Shown: piece after piece, positions 1-12,954 of the stretch | Numbering within the stretch: the stretch's first letter is position 1 | Layout of the letters: each line of letters opens with the position of its first letter | Source of the DNA: an uncultured Acidobacteriota bacterium | Lineage (GTDB): Bacteria; Acidobacteriota; Vicinamibacteria; Vicinamibacterales; SCN-69-37 | Assembly: GCA_963738485.1 (NCBI GenBank) | Contig: CAVTWK010000005.1 | Location: forward strand, 64,549-128,548 | Direction: 5' to 3' | Length of the DNA stretch: 64,000 bases | Program-made: the position numbers and the translations under genes | Notes under the pieces: generated by a model | The model's input: only the letters and a program-made list of their open reading frames with translations | Told to the model about the DNA's origin: nothing | The model's database searches: none

Positions 1-254
1 CCAGCGGGTGTCCGGTGGTCTGCAGCAACACGACCAGCCTGCCGGAGATCGCGGGTGAGGCGGCCCTCCAGGTGTCGCCGACCGACGCCGAGGCCATGGC
101 GAGCGCGATAGCTCGGGTGCTCGACGACTCCGAACTGCGGACCACTCTGGGCGCGCGCGGCCTTCGCCGCGCCGCCGAATTCTCATGGCGTCGCCACACG
201 CTCGAAACCATTGCCGTGCTCCGGCGCGTGCACGACCAGACCAGGCACCTCTGA
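1..254 (+). CDS. Glycosyltransferase family 4 (GT-B fold), C-terminal fragment; 5' end lies outside the window
   Basis: Open frame from the window edge. 'TSLPEIAGEAAL..' matches the conserved C-terminal EX7E region of GT1/GT4 enzymes. The stop overlaps the next start (TGATG at 252-256). Confidence 0.7.
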   Translation, partial: SGCPVVCSNTTSLPEIAGEAALQVSPTDAEAMASAIARVLDDSELRTTLGARGLRRAAEFSWRRHTLETIAVLRRVHDQTRHL

Positions 255-1588
255 TGTCCACCCCGTTGCCGCGTATCTCCATCGTCACCAGCTCCTACCA
301 GCAGGCGGAGTTCATCGGCCGAACGATCGACAGCGTCCTCGCGCAGGACTATCCGAACGTCGAACACATCGTGGTGGACGCCATGTCCACGGACGGGACC
401 GCGGAGGTCCTGGCCCGGTACTCGCACCTGACGGTGATTCGCGAGAAGGATCGCGGCCAGGCGGACGCCATCAACAAGGGCTTCCGGGCGGCGACCGGAC
501 AGATCTTCGGCTTCCTCAACTCCGACGACACGCTGATGCCCGGCGCGCTGCACCAGGTGGCGCGCGCCGTCGATCCGGCCGCGGGCCGGCACATCGTGAT
601 GGGCCGCTGCCGGTTCATCGACGAGCAGGATCGGTTTCTCGGCGTGGAGCATCCCAGTGCCTTCGAGAGCCATCGCCGCGTCCTGGAGATCTGGCGCGGG
701 CACTGGCTGCCGCAGCCGTCAACGTTCTGGACCCGCGAGGTCTGGGAGACGTGCGGGCCGCTCGATGTCGAGGAGCAGCTGATGCTCGACTACGACCTGT
801 TCTGCCGGTTCTCGCGGCGCCATGTCTTTCATCCGATCGACAGCGTGCTGGCGAACTATCGCCTTCACACCCAGTCGAAGACCAGCTCGGTCACTGATGC
901 GGAGCGGCTGAATCAGGCCGTCACCGTCAGTCGCCGCTACTGGGGATCCCCCTTCAGCTGGCAGTACTGGCGCATCCGCGCCTCCTACGCGCGGTTCCGC
1001 CTCAACCGGCGGGCGCGCGCCGTCGAGCTGATGCGCACCGGCCGCGCGCTCTATCGCCAGGGACACTGGGGACCGGGCGTGGTCCGCATGACCTCCGGCG
1101 TGACCCTGGCGCCCGATGTGGCGGCAGATTTCGCCGTGCCGGTCGTCCGGCCGCTGATGGCCCGCCTGCGTCGCCGGCGGATCCGCAAGGCCGAACCTCG
1201 CACCAGCCCGCAGACGAATGCCTGGCTCAGTCTGGAGCAGTTGCATCCGGACGGGTGGGCCGGTCCGACGCTCGTGCGGGCGGTGATCATCGACGGCCCG
1301 GCGGCCAGCCTCGTGCTTCGGGCGGCCGGGCCTCCCGGACCGCCGCCGCGCTCGATGCAACTCGAAGCGTTCCTCGACGGCCGGTCGCTCGGCGCGTTTC
1401 CCGTGGCCGGCGCCGGCGCGGACATCAACATGACATGGCGGCTCGACGCGGCCGCTCCGGGGCCCCACCAACTGCGCATCGCCGCCAATGCCTTTGTCGT
1501 CCCACACGATCAGGTCGGCAACCAGGACTACCGCCCACTCGCGTATCACGTCACGGCGCTGGACGTCCTTGGTGGCCGGTTCACGTGA
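254..1588 (+). CDS. Family 2 glycosyltransferase with an extra ~105-aa C-terminal domain
   Basis: N-terminus 'ISIVTSSYQQAEFIGRTIDSVLAQDYPNVEHIVVDAMSTDGT...LNSDD' is a typical GT2 (GT-A, DxD) signature. The start is taken at ATG 254, coupled to the upstream stop. The C-terminal part, 'DGWAGPT...EAFLDGRSLG...GPHQLRI...VPHDQVGNQDYRPL', is shared with the next gene. Confidence 0.85.
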   Translation: MSTPLPRISIVTSSYQQAEFIGRTIDSVLAQDYPNVEHIVVDAMSTDGTAEVLARYSHLTVIREKDRGQADAINKGFRAATGQIFGFLNSDDTLMPGALHQVARAVDPAAGRHIVMGRCRFIDEQDRFLGVEHPSAFESHRRVLEIWRGHWLPQPSTFWTREVWETCGPLDVEEQLMLDYDLFCRFSRRHVFHPIDSVLANYRLHTQSKTSSVTDAERLNQAVTVSRRYWGSPFSWQYWRIRASYARFRLNRRARAVELMRTGRALYRQGHWGPGVVRMTSGVTLAPDVAADFAVPVVRPLMARLRRRRIRKAEPRTSPQTNAWLSLEQLHPDGWAGPTLVRAVIIDGPAASLVLRAAGPPGPPPRSMQLEAFLDGRSLGAFPVAGAGADINMTWRLDAAAPGPHQLRIAANAFVVPHDQVGNQDYRPLAYHVTALDVLGGRFT

Positions 1589-1667
1589 CCGCCCGTGTGC
1601 CGCTCTTCCCTCCGGGACTTCGCCGAGCGCAGTGCGCGTCCGGGCTATGATCCGGAGCTGAATCCGC

Positions 1668-2672
1668 ATGCACACCCACGAACTCGTTGACAGGATTGCG
1701 AATCTGCCCGGAGACTGGCATGGGGCAGGGTCGGTCACGCGCAACGTACTCAGCGCGATCGTCCGCCACGCGTCGCCGCTCGGCCCGTTGCAGCATTCGG
1801 TCGAGACCGGATCGGGACGCACGACGCTGCTGCTGTCGCACCTGTCGGCGGATCACACGGTGTTTGCCGTGGACGCCGGCGGGTCCATGTCGCAGGTGAA
1901 GACGAGTGCGCTGTTCAACGCCCCGACGACGACGTTCGTCGAGGGCCCGACGCAGCGGACGCTGCCGGCGCATACGTTCGCGCATTCTCTGCAGCTGGCC
2001 CTGATCGACGGGCCTCATGGCTACCCGTTCCCGGACCTCGAGTACTTCTATCTCTACCCCAGGATCGCGACCGGTGGCCTGCTGCTCATCGACGATCTGC
2101 TGATCCCGACGATCCAGCGGATGTTCGAGATCATCAAGGCCGAGGCCATGTTCGAGTTGCTCGAGGTCGTCGATGACAACACGGCGTTCCTGCGGCGCAC
2201 CACGGCGCCCGTCATCGACCCGCACAGCGACAGCTGGTGGCTGCAGGGTTACAACCGGCCGTACTACGAGCAGATTGCCGGCCCGGCGGCCGTGGAGCGG
2301 CCCGGCGCCGACGTCGCGGGTGCACGAGGCTCGATGCCGGTCCACGGCGACGGCTGGGCGGGTCCGACGGTCGTCACCGAGATCCTGGCCCAGGGTGGCG
2401 ACAAGACCCTCCGACTTGCAGGCTCGACCTCGATGGGTGATGTCGTCAGGTCCGTCAGCGTCGAGGCGTTTGTGGACGGACGGTCGATCGGACGACGGGC
2501 GCTCGAGCCGGGCGCCGAGTTCATGGTGACCTGGCCGGCCGGATCCCTGACCGCCGGCCCACATGACGTCCGTCTGGTGGCGGACGCCTCCACGGTTCCG
2601 CATGACGTGCTGGGCAACAGCGACCACCGGCCGCTGTCGTACCGCGTGACGCGCCTGGAGTTCGGGGCCTAG
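1668..2672 (+). CDS. Class I SAM-dependent methyltransferase-like protein carrying the same C-terminal domain as the preceding GT2
   Basis: 'VETGSGRTTLLLS' (SAM motif I-like) and 'LALIDGPHGYP...GGLLLIDD' resemble Methyltransf_24-type enzymes of polysaccharide loci. The C-terminal ~105 aa align with residues ~335-440 of the 254..1588 product. Confidence 0.6.
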   Translation: MHTHELVDRIANLPGDWHGAGSVTRNVLSAIVRHASPLGPLQHSVETGSGRTTLLLSHLSADHTVFAVDAGGSMSQVKTSALFNAPTTTFVEGPTQRTLPAHTFAHSLQLALIDGPHGYPFPDLEYFYLYPRIATGGLLLIDDLLIPTIQRMFEIIKAEAMFELLEVVDDNTAFLRRTTAPVIDPHSDSWWLQGYNRPYYEQIAGPAAVERPGADVAGARGSMPVHGDGWAGPTVVTEILAQGGDKTLRLAGSTSMGDVVRSVSVEAFVDGRSIGRRALEPGAEFMVTWPAGSLTAGPHDVRLVADASTVPHDVLGNSDHRPLSYRVTRLEFGA

Positions 2673-2854
2673 AGCGCGTTTCAGCACTCCTCGCTGTGGG
2701 TGACGCCAAACGGGGCGCCCCACGCGACGCGCATGAGAGGGGGTCGTACCTGCCTTTCGGCGAGCGAGGTACGACCCCGTGCCAGTGGCCGGCGAGCATC
2801 GCGTGGGGCTGTTTGGCGGCAGGACCCGCAGCGAGGAGTGCTGAAACGCGCTCT
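2671..2854. repeat. 184-nt extended imperfect palindrome between convergent genes
   Basis: Perfect 26-nt inverted arms: agagcgcgtttcagcactcctcgctg (2671-2696) and its reverse complement (2829-2854). Inner matching blocks are gccaaac / ccccacgcga. A central 12-bp hairpin is ggggtcgtacct...aggtacgacccc (2739-2777). Confidence 0.85.
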
Positions 2855-2917
2855 CAGTGGTACGAGGCTGTTGCGGCTGCCGGCAACAGGGTGGTCAGCG
2901 GTGCCCCCGCGGGCACC

Positions 2918-3616
2918 TCAGGTGCGAAGTTCCCGGCGCAGATCCGCCAGGTAGGTCGTCACCGTCTTGTAGATGCGCCACAGCCGGCCGAGTTCGTGGC
3001 TGGACACGCCGGCCTTGCGCGGCTCCTGAGCGACCTCGACCTCGGCCATCCGGAAGCCGCCGAGCCTGGCGCGCACGAAGAGCTCCGGGTTCACCAGGTT
3101 CACCTTGTGCCGGATCTCGAGGGCGTCTGCGTAGCGCCGATTGAACCCGCGGATGCCGCAGTTGACGTCGTGGAGGTTGAAGCCGGTGTACCACCACGCC
3201 AGGGTCCACAGCACGCGGGACATCACCAGGCGCTGAACGCCCTCGGCGCGTTGCCGCCGCCACCCGAAGACGAGGTCATGGCCTTCGTCGAGCTTGGCGT
3301 CGAACTTCCAGATGTCCACCGGCGGGTGCTGGCCGTCCGAATCGAGGATGAAGACCCGATCGCCGCTCGACGCCTTGACGCCGGTCAGGCAACTGCCGGC
3401 ATAGAGGCGGTTGGTCTCGTGGCGCAGCAGACGGACCCGCGGATCGGCCGCCGCCATGCGCTCGACGATCGCCGCCGTGTCGTCGCGTGAGGCGTTGTCG
3501 ATGACCAGGATCTCGAACGGATCGGCGGCCCGCTCGCAGGCCGCGATCGTGCGGTGGACCATTTCCTGGATGTAGCCGGACTCATTGAATGCCGGCAGGA
3601 TGATCGAGCGCTTCAT
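2918..3616 (-). CDS. Family 2 glycosyltransferase (polyprenol-phosphate hexosyltransferase-like)
   Basis: 'MKRSIILPAFNESGYI...ILVIDNASRDDT...FILDSDGQH' is a GT2 signature. ATG at 3616 overlaps the upstream stop (ATGA). Confidence 0.8.
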   Translation of the reverse strand: MKRSIILPAFNESGYIQEMVHRTIAACERAADPFEILVIDNASRDDTAAIVERMAAADPRVRLLRHETNRLYAGSCLTGVKASSGDRVFILDSDGQHPPVDIWKFDAKLDEGHDLVFGWRRQRAEGVQRLVMSRVLWTLAWWYTGFNLHDVNCGIRGFNRRYADALEIRHKVNLVNPELFVRARLGGFRMAEVEVAQEPRKAGVSSHELGRLWRIYKTVTTYLADLRRELRT

Positions 3617-4515
3617 GCCTGGTCGCTCACCGGCGCGGTCGCGCGCGTGCGCCACCAGGCCGCAGTCCGTGCGACACCGTCCCGCCAGCGCACCTCGGGT
3701 TGCCAGCCGGCGACGGTGGTGGCCTCCGACACGGGCGGCGCGCACTGCACATCGGGCTCGCCGGCGCGTCGAGAACGACGGCCGAACGAGAAGCGGGCGG
3801 CAGGGAACTCTTCTGCGACGGCAGTGACCACGTCCCGAATCCTCACACCTTCCCCGCGGCCCAGATGATGGATCGCACATCCGCGCGCGGGCAGGCGGTC
3901 GGGAGCAAGCGCCCGAAGACACCACGACACGAGATCGTCAATATACAGGAGGTCGCGGGTCTGCAGCCCGTCCGAGAATTCTCCCTCACGGCCGTTGGAG
4001 GCCGCATCGAACGCGTACGGGATCAGCATCGATCCCGTCTGTCCCGGCCCGTACACCACGAATGGCCTCATCCAGTCGATCGCAATGGCCGACCGGCGTG
4101 CCGCGTGCTCGCTCACACGACGCAGCAGGTCCTTGCACAGGCCGTAGGTGGACCGTGGGTCGGCCGGCGTCGCCACACCCAGCACGCCTTCGGCCGGACC
4201 CAGTTCATCAATCGATCCGGCGATGATCAGTCGAGGCACGCTGGCGGCTTCGGCCTCCCCGACCAGCGTGACGCCGGCGTGAAACGTATCGCGCCACTGG
4301 GCCGCGCGCGCCCGTTCGTCCTCGCCCTTCCCGACCGATCCAGCCAGGTGCACCACGACCCGGGGCGAGGTGGCCTCCAGCAGGCGGCGCACGGCCGCCG
4401 CGTCAGAGAGGTCGAGGTCGGTGCGTGACACCGCGCGGTGCGGCACGCCGGCGCGCGAGAGCGACGCGCACAGGGCGCCGCCGATGAACCCGGAGGCGCC
4501 GGTGACGACGATCAT
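3613..4515 (-). CDS. NAD-dependent epimerase/dehydratase family protein (SDR)
   Basis: '[15 protein letters not shown]' Rossmann motif and 'STYGLCK' (YxxxK catalytic motif). ATGA overlaps at both ends. Confidence 0.8.
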   Translation of the reverse strand: MIVVTGASGFIGGALCASLSRAGVPHRAVSRTDLDLSDAAAVRRLLEATSPRVVVHLAGSVGKGEDERARAAQWRDTFHAGVTLVGEAEAASVPRLIIAGSIDELGPAEGVLGVATPADPRSTYGLCKDLLRRVSEHAARRSAIAIDWMRPFVVYGPGQTGSMLIPYAFDAASNGREGEFSDGLQTRDLLYIDDLVSWCLRALAPDRLPARGCAIHHLGRGEGVRIRDVVTAVAEEFPAARFSFGRRSRRAGEPDVQCAPPVSEATTVAGWQPEVRWRDGVARTAAWWRTRATAPVSDQA

Positions 4516-5837
4516 GACGTCGGCAGCGAGGTCATCCGCGCGATCGCCTCGTCGGCCGCCTTCCAGCCGCTCTTCACCGCGTCGTCCGTCCACGCGTACG
4601 CCCACTGGCCGTACCGGCCGGCGAGCAGGATGCCCTGGCCGGCCAGCCAGCTGGTGATGGTCTCCACGGCCGCGGCGCGTTCGTGGGTGAACACGACGTT
4701 GGCGTACTGCACGTCGCGCCAGCGCGTCCACCGCACCTCCTCGCGCGATCGAAGGATGCCGAGGTCGATCAACTCCCCGACGACGCGCTCGGCGACCGCC
4801 GCGGGGGAGTCGGGCAGGGGACGGTGCTTCGAGTGATACACCTCGAGCTGGATCGCGCCGCAGCCGTCCGGCGCGTTGGACGGCGACAGCATGTGCGGAA
4901 AGTACCCCCTCGAGATCAGCTTGTCCTCGTCGTACACGTAGAACCAGTGGTGATCGAAGAGCGCCCGCCGGTTCACCGCCACGTCCACGAGCACCACCGA
5001 ACTGCAGAGCAGCCGTCCGGCGGCCTCGCGCACGTCAGCCGGCACCTGGCTGGCCGGAATGGCGCGCACCAGATCGGGCAGCGGCATCGTGGAGATCAGC
5101 GTGGCGTAGGGCAGGCGTGACCCGTCGGCGAGCGTGACCGTGCGGCCTGCCAGGTCCACCTGCACGACGCCAGCGCCCAGGCGAAGGACGTCAGGCACGA
5201 GCAGGTCGCGCATGAAGGCCTGGAATCCACCCTGCTTCGGATACCGGAAACGGCTGAGATAGTGGAAATCGCCGCGTTGCTCCGGCAGGAGCGCGCCGCG
5301 CACGACGTCCTCGAGCTTGGGTGGGTACATCCGGTTCCCGACCCAGTCGGTGGTCATGGCCTCAGCCTCGACCGTCCAGTATTTCCGCGTGTACGCGAAG
5401 GGAAACGTCTCAGCAAACGCACGGCCGAACATCGCCGTACACCAGTCGGCATAGGTCCGGACCTCGGGCGGCGACATCTGCGCGCGCACGAAGTCGGTGA
5501 CGCACCGCGCGACCAGGTCTGGGTCGAGGCCGTACAGATGGCACTGCGCCGGATGCTCGATCCAGCGGCCACGGAATGCGTTGGTGATCCGGGCCGGGAA
5601 CTCGATCCATTCGCCGGCACCGCGTTCGAACAGGGCGATGACGTCGGCGTCCCTGGTGAATGAGACGTGCGGCCCTTCGTCGAAGACGAATCCGTCGTGC
5701 TCGATCGAGGTGGTGTGCCCGCCCCACGCCTTCCGCGCGTCGAATACCTGCACGGCGACCCGGGCCTCGGTCAGCCGCTTGGCCGCCGCCATGCCGGCCA
5801 TGCCGGCTCCGATGACCACGACCGGCGCCGTGCTCAC
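4512..5837 (-). CDS. FAD-dependent oxidoreductase (amine-oxidase / UDP-galactopyranose-mutase-like fold)
   Basis: '[17 protein letters not shown]' dinucleotide-binding motif. 441 aa. Translationally coupled within the sugar-nucleotide operon. Confidence 0.65.
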   Translation of the reverse strand: MSTAPVVVIGAGMAGMAAAKRLTEARVAVQVFDARKAWGGHTTSIEHDGFVFDEGPHVSFTRDADVIALFERGAGEWIEFPARITNAFRGRWIEHPAQCHLYGLDPDLVARCVTDFVRAQMSPPEVRTYADWCTAMFGRAFAETFPFAYTRKYWTVEAEAMTTDWVGNRMYPPKLEDVVRGALLPEQRGDFHYLSRFRYPKQGGFQAFMRDLLVPDVLRLGAGVVQVDLAGRTVTLADGSRLPYATLISTMPLPDLVRAIPASQVPADVREAAGRLLCSSVVLVDVAVNRRALFDHHWFYVYDEDKLISRGYFPHMLSPSNAPDGCGAIQLEVYHSKHRPLPDSPAAVAERVVGELIDLGILRSREEVRWTRWRDVQYANVVFTHERAAAVETITSWLAGQGILLAGRYGQWAYAWTDDAVKSGWKAADEAIARMTSLPTS

Positions 5838-6843
5838 GGGCGAGTCCGCACCGGCAGATCCCCAGCCGGGCCACGCGGCGCGAGCGCCGCACGGTACCAG
5901 GCAATCGTCTCGATCAGACCCTGATCGAGGGTGTGATGCGGCGACCAGCCCAGCCGTTGCCGGGCCTTCGCGGCGCTCAGGTACTGGTGACGGATCTCGC
6001 TCTTGACTTCGTTCTTGATCACCGGCTGCAGGTCGGACTGCATCAGCGCGAGGATCCGGGTCACCAGATCGAGCACGCTCACCTGGATCTCGTTGGAGAA
6101 GTTGAAAGCCTCACCGGCGACATGGCCCCCCACCGTCGCTTCCGCCAGTTCGATGTAGGCGTGAACCCCGTCCATCACGTAGAAGTAGTCCCGGATCAGG
6201 GATCCGTCGGAACGGATGATCGGCGCCTCGCCACGCAGAATGGAGCGGATCGTCCCCGGGACGATGCGGTTGAAGTTGAGGTCGCCAGGCCCGTAGAGAT
6301 TGCCGCAGCGGGTGATGCAGACCGGCAGGTGGTAGGTGTGGAAGTAGGCCTGGCTGATCAGGTCCGCGCAGGATTTCGAGACATCGTACGGATGCCGACC
6401 GATGAGCGGCGTCGTCTCGTCGTACGGCAGGACGTCGCTGTCGCCGTAGGCCTTGTCGGACGACGCGATGATCACGGCCTTGACGCCGCCGACCTGCCGG
6501 CACGCCTCGAGCAGGTGGTAGGTGCCGCGGATGTTCGCCTCGAACGTCTGCAGCGGGCCGCGGTTGGCGACCGTGACCACCGTCTGCGCACCGAGGTGGA
6601 AGACGACCTCGACCTCGTATTCCTGGATGGCGCGCGTCAGGACGGGAAAGTCTTCGAGGGCGCCGAACACGCAGCTCACACGGCTGAGCAGGCCATCCGC
6701 GACGAGACGTGATTCCGGCACGTGGTCGCGCACGAGTGCCACGACGCGCGCGCCCTTGGTGAGCAGGGTCTCGACCAGGGCCGACCCCAGCAGGCCGGTG
6801 GCCCCGGTGACCAAAACGGACCGGTCCTGCCAGACGAACGGAG

Positions 6844-6859
<16 letters not shown>
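5834..6859 (-). CDS. rfbG: CDP-glucose 4,6-dehydratase
   Basis: '[14 protein letters not shown]', 'SSDKAYG', 'PYDVSK' and '[11 protein letters not shown]' are typical of RfbG. Start chosen at MEELV (ATG 6859). The gene lies downstream of rfbF. Confidence 0.85.
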
Positions 6860-10872
<4,013 letters not shown>

Positions 10873-10874
10873 CC

Positions 10875-12098
10875 GTGGCGCCGTTGCGAATTGGCATCGA
10901 CGGGCGTGCATTCGGGACCCCGGCCGGCGGCGTGCGGCGCTACGCCACCGAGCTCTTCGCCGCCATGGTGGCGCTCGAGCCCGCCCTCGACCTCGTGGTC
11001 ATCGGCGGTGAGGGAGCAGGCACGACCGGGCGCTGGCAGCCGGCGGCCTCGCTGCTGCCGACCAACCTGGGCTGGTGTGTCGGTGGCCTTCCAGTTGCCG
11101 CGCGTCGCGCGCAGCTCGATCTCTTTCACGCGCCCGCCTATACGGGACCGCTGTGGGGCGTCCACCCATTGGTGCTGACCCTGCACGACGTCAGCTACGC
11201 ACTGCATCCCCACTGGTCGCCGCATCCGAATGGCGTCGGACGCGTCCGGCAGGCGTTCTATCGGGCGTGTGCGGCGCAGGCCGATCGGATCATCACGGAC
11301 TCGACCTTCTCGAAGACCGAGATCATCGCGGCCTACGGGATCGACGAGCGTCGGATCGACGTGGTGCCCCTGGGCGTCGCCGACGTCTTCCGCCCGGACG
11401 CGACCGTGCCGCGCGAACCGGTCGTCCTGCACGTCGGCGATCTCCATCCACGGCGCAATCTGCTGATGCTGCTCGACCTGGTGGTCGATTCGGCCAGGCA
11501 CGAGCCGCGACTGTCCGGCCTGCAACTCGTGCTGGCGGGCCGGGATCTCGGCCTGCTCGACGCCCTGCAGGCGCGGGCGGCCGCACTCGAGGCCACCGAT
11601 CGTCTCCGATACGTCGGTCGTCCTGACGACGCCGGGCTCGCCGACTGGTATCGCCGGGCGGGGGTCATGGCGTATCCGTCGATGTACGAGGGTTTCGGTC
11701 TGCCCGTGCTGGAGGCCCTCGCGTGCGGGACGCCCGTCGTGGCGTCCGACGCCGCCTCGATTCCCGAGGTGACGGGCGACGCGGCGGTCCTGCTGCCGCC
11801 GGACGCCGCCCCGCGTTGGGCCGAGGCCGTGAGGGAGATCCTCCTGCTCGACGATTCCCGGCGCGCGCTGATCTCGGCGCGTGGCATCGCCCGCGCGCGC
11901 GCATTCACCTGGACGCAGACCGCGGCCCGTACGCTCGAGACCTACGAACGGCAGCGACAGCGTTTTCGGAATGCGTGTAGCGGCGCGGACGCGCGACTTC
12001 CGCGCAGTGCTCGCACGGAAGGCGCGCGGGCCTGCGCGGGGAGCGCGGAGCGGCGCTACACGCATTTCGAAAACGCTCTCGTGTCCCGGACGCTATGA
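10875..12098 (+). CDS. Glycosyltransferase family 4 (GT-B)
   Basis: 'MAYPSMYEGFGLPVLEALACGTPVVASDAASIPEVTGDAA' is the EX7E motif region. GTG 10875 follows directly after the upstream stop. The conserved part ends near 11950; the last ~48 codons run through a palindromic element. Confidence 0.8.
   Translation: MAPLRIGIDGRAFGTPAGGVRRYATELFAAMVALEPALDLVVIGGEGAGTTGRWQPAASLLPTNLGWCVGGLPVAARRAQLDLFHAPAYTGPLWGVHPLVLTLHDVSYALHPHWSPHPNGVGRVRQAFYRACAAQADRIITDSTFSKTEIIAAYGIDERRIDVVPLGVADVFRPDATVPREPVVLHVGDLHPRRNLLMLLDLVVDSARHEPRLSGLQLVLAGRDLGLLDALQARAAALEATDRLRYVGRPDDAGLADWYRRAGVMAYPSMYEGFGLPVLEALACGTPVVASDAASIPEVTGDAAVLLPPDAAPRWAEAVREILLLDDSRRALISARGIARARAFTWTQTAARTLETYERQRQRFRNACSGADARLPRSARTEGARACAGSAERRYTHFENALVSRTL
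11957..12077. repeat. ~120-nt imperfect palindrome at the junction of two convergent genes
   Basis: agcgttttcggaatgcgtgtagcggcgc (from 11958) pairs with gcgctacacgcatttcgaaaacgct (to ~12076). There is an inner cttccg...cggaag pairing. The element lies inside the 3' tail of the 10875..12098 ORF. Confidence 0.7.
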
Positions 12099-12944
12099 CC
12101 GCCACCAGCCCCTGAACGTGAGGGCCGCCCACGCCAGGCCCCTGGCCGGATGCCAGCGGCGCGGCTCGGTGTGCGTGGCGAAGTAGCGATAGGCGCTGCG
12201 ATGAAAGGCGCGCACGGACTGTCGCCGGGCCGTCGCGCTGCTGCGGCCTCCCGGGTGATCCACGCGGGCGCCCGGCACGTATCCAATGGAGGCGCCGCGC
12301 GCGCGCAGGCGCCGGCACAGGTCCGCGTCCTCCCAATACAGGAAGTAGCGCTCGTCGAATCCGCCGACCGTGTCGAACTGATCGCGGCGGATGAGCATGG
12401 CCGCACCCATCACCCAGTCCACTTCGGCGCTGTCCACGCCCCGCTCGACGATGGCGCGCGCACGCAGGTTGTCCTTGGCCCGGGCGGCACCGGGGAAGAA
12501 TCGCGTCAGGAACCCATGACGACCGAAGAGTCCCGTCCACGCCGTAGGTTCGCCGCGCGCGCTTTCCTGGGTCGTGCCATCGGCATTGAGCAGTTGCGGC
12601 GCCGCGACGGCGCATGACGCATCCGACGCCATGACGCGCCAGAGCGCGGCGACCGTCCCGGGTTGGACCACGCAGTCCGGATTCAGCAGCCAGAGCAGCG
12701 GCGCTCGGCGCAGGCGGGCGGCCTGGTTGACCGCCGCCCCGAACCCGACGTTGACCGTGTTCCGCACGACCTCGATCGCCGGCGAGGGCGGGAGCAGGCT
12801 CAGGCTGTCGTCCGTGGACGCGTTGTCCACCACCACGGCGCTCCAGGTCACGCCATCGAGGTCGGCGGCCGCCGAGGCGAGGCAGTCGCGCAGCGCGTCG
12901 CCCGCGTTGAAGTTGACGACGACGATCGTCACGGCCGGCGTCAT
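12093..12944 (-). CDS. Family 2 glycosyltransferase (rhamnosyltransferase-like)
   Basis: 'VTIVVVNFNAGDAL...VVVDNASTDDS...NVGFGAAVN...YWEDADLCRRLRARG' is the typical GT2 WbbL-like pattern. Confidence 0.85.
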   Translation of the reverse strand: MTPAVTIVVVNFNAGDALRDCLASAAADLDGVTWSAVVVDNASTDDSLSLLPPSPAIEVVRNTVNVGFGAAVNQAARLRRAPLLWLLNPDCVVQPGTVAALWRVMASDASCAVAAPQLLNADGTTQESARGEPTAWTGLFGRHGFLTRFFPGAARAKDNLRARAIVERGVDSAEVDWVMGAAMLIRRDQFDTVGGFDERYFLYWEDADLCRRLRARGASIGYVPGARVDHPGGRSSATARRQSVRAFHRSAYRYFATHTEPRRWHPARGLAWAALTFRGWWRS

Positions 12945-12954
12945 GGACGGGACC

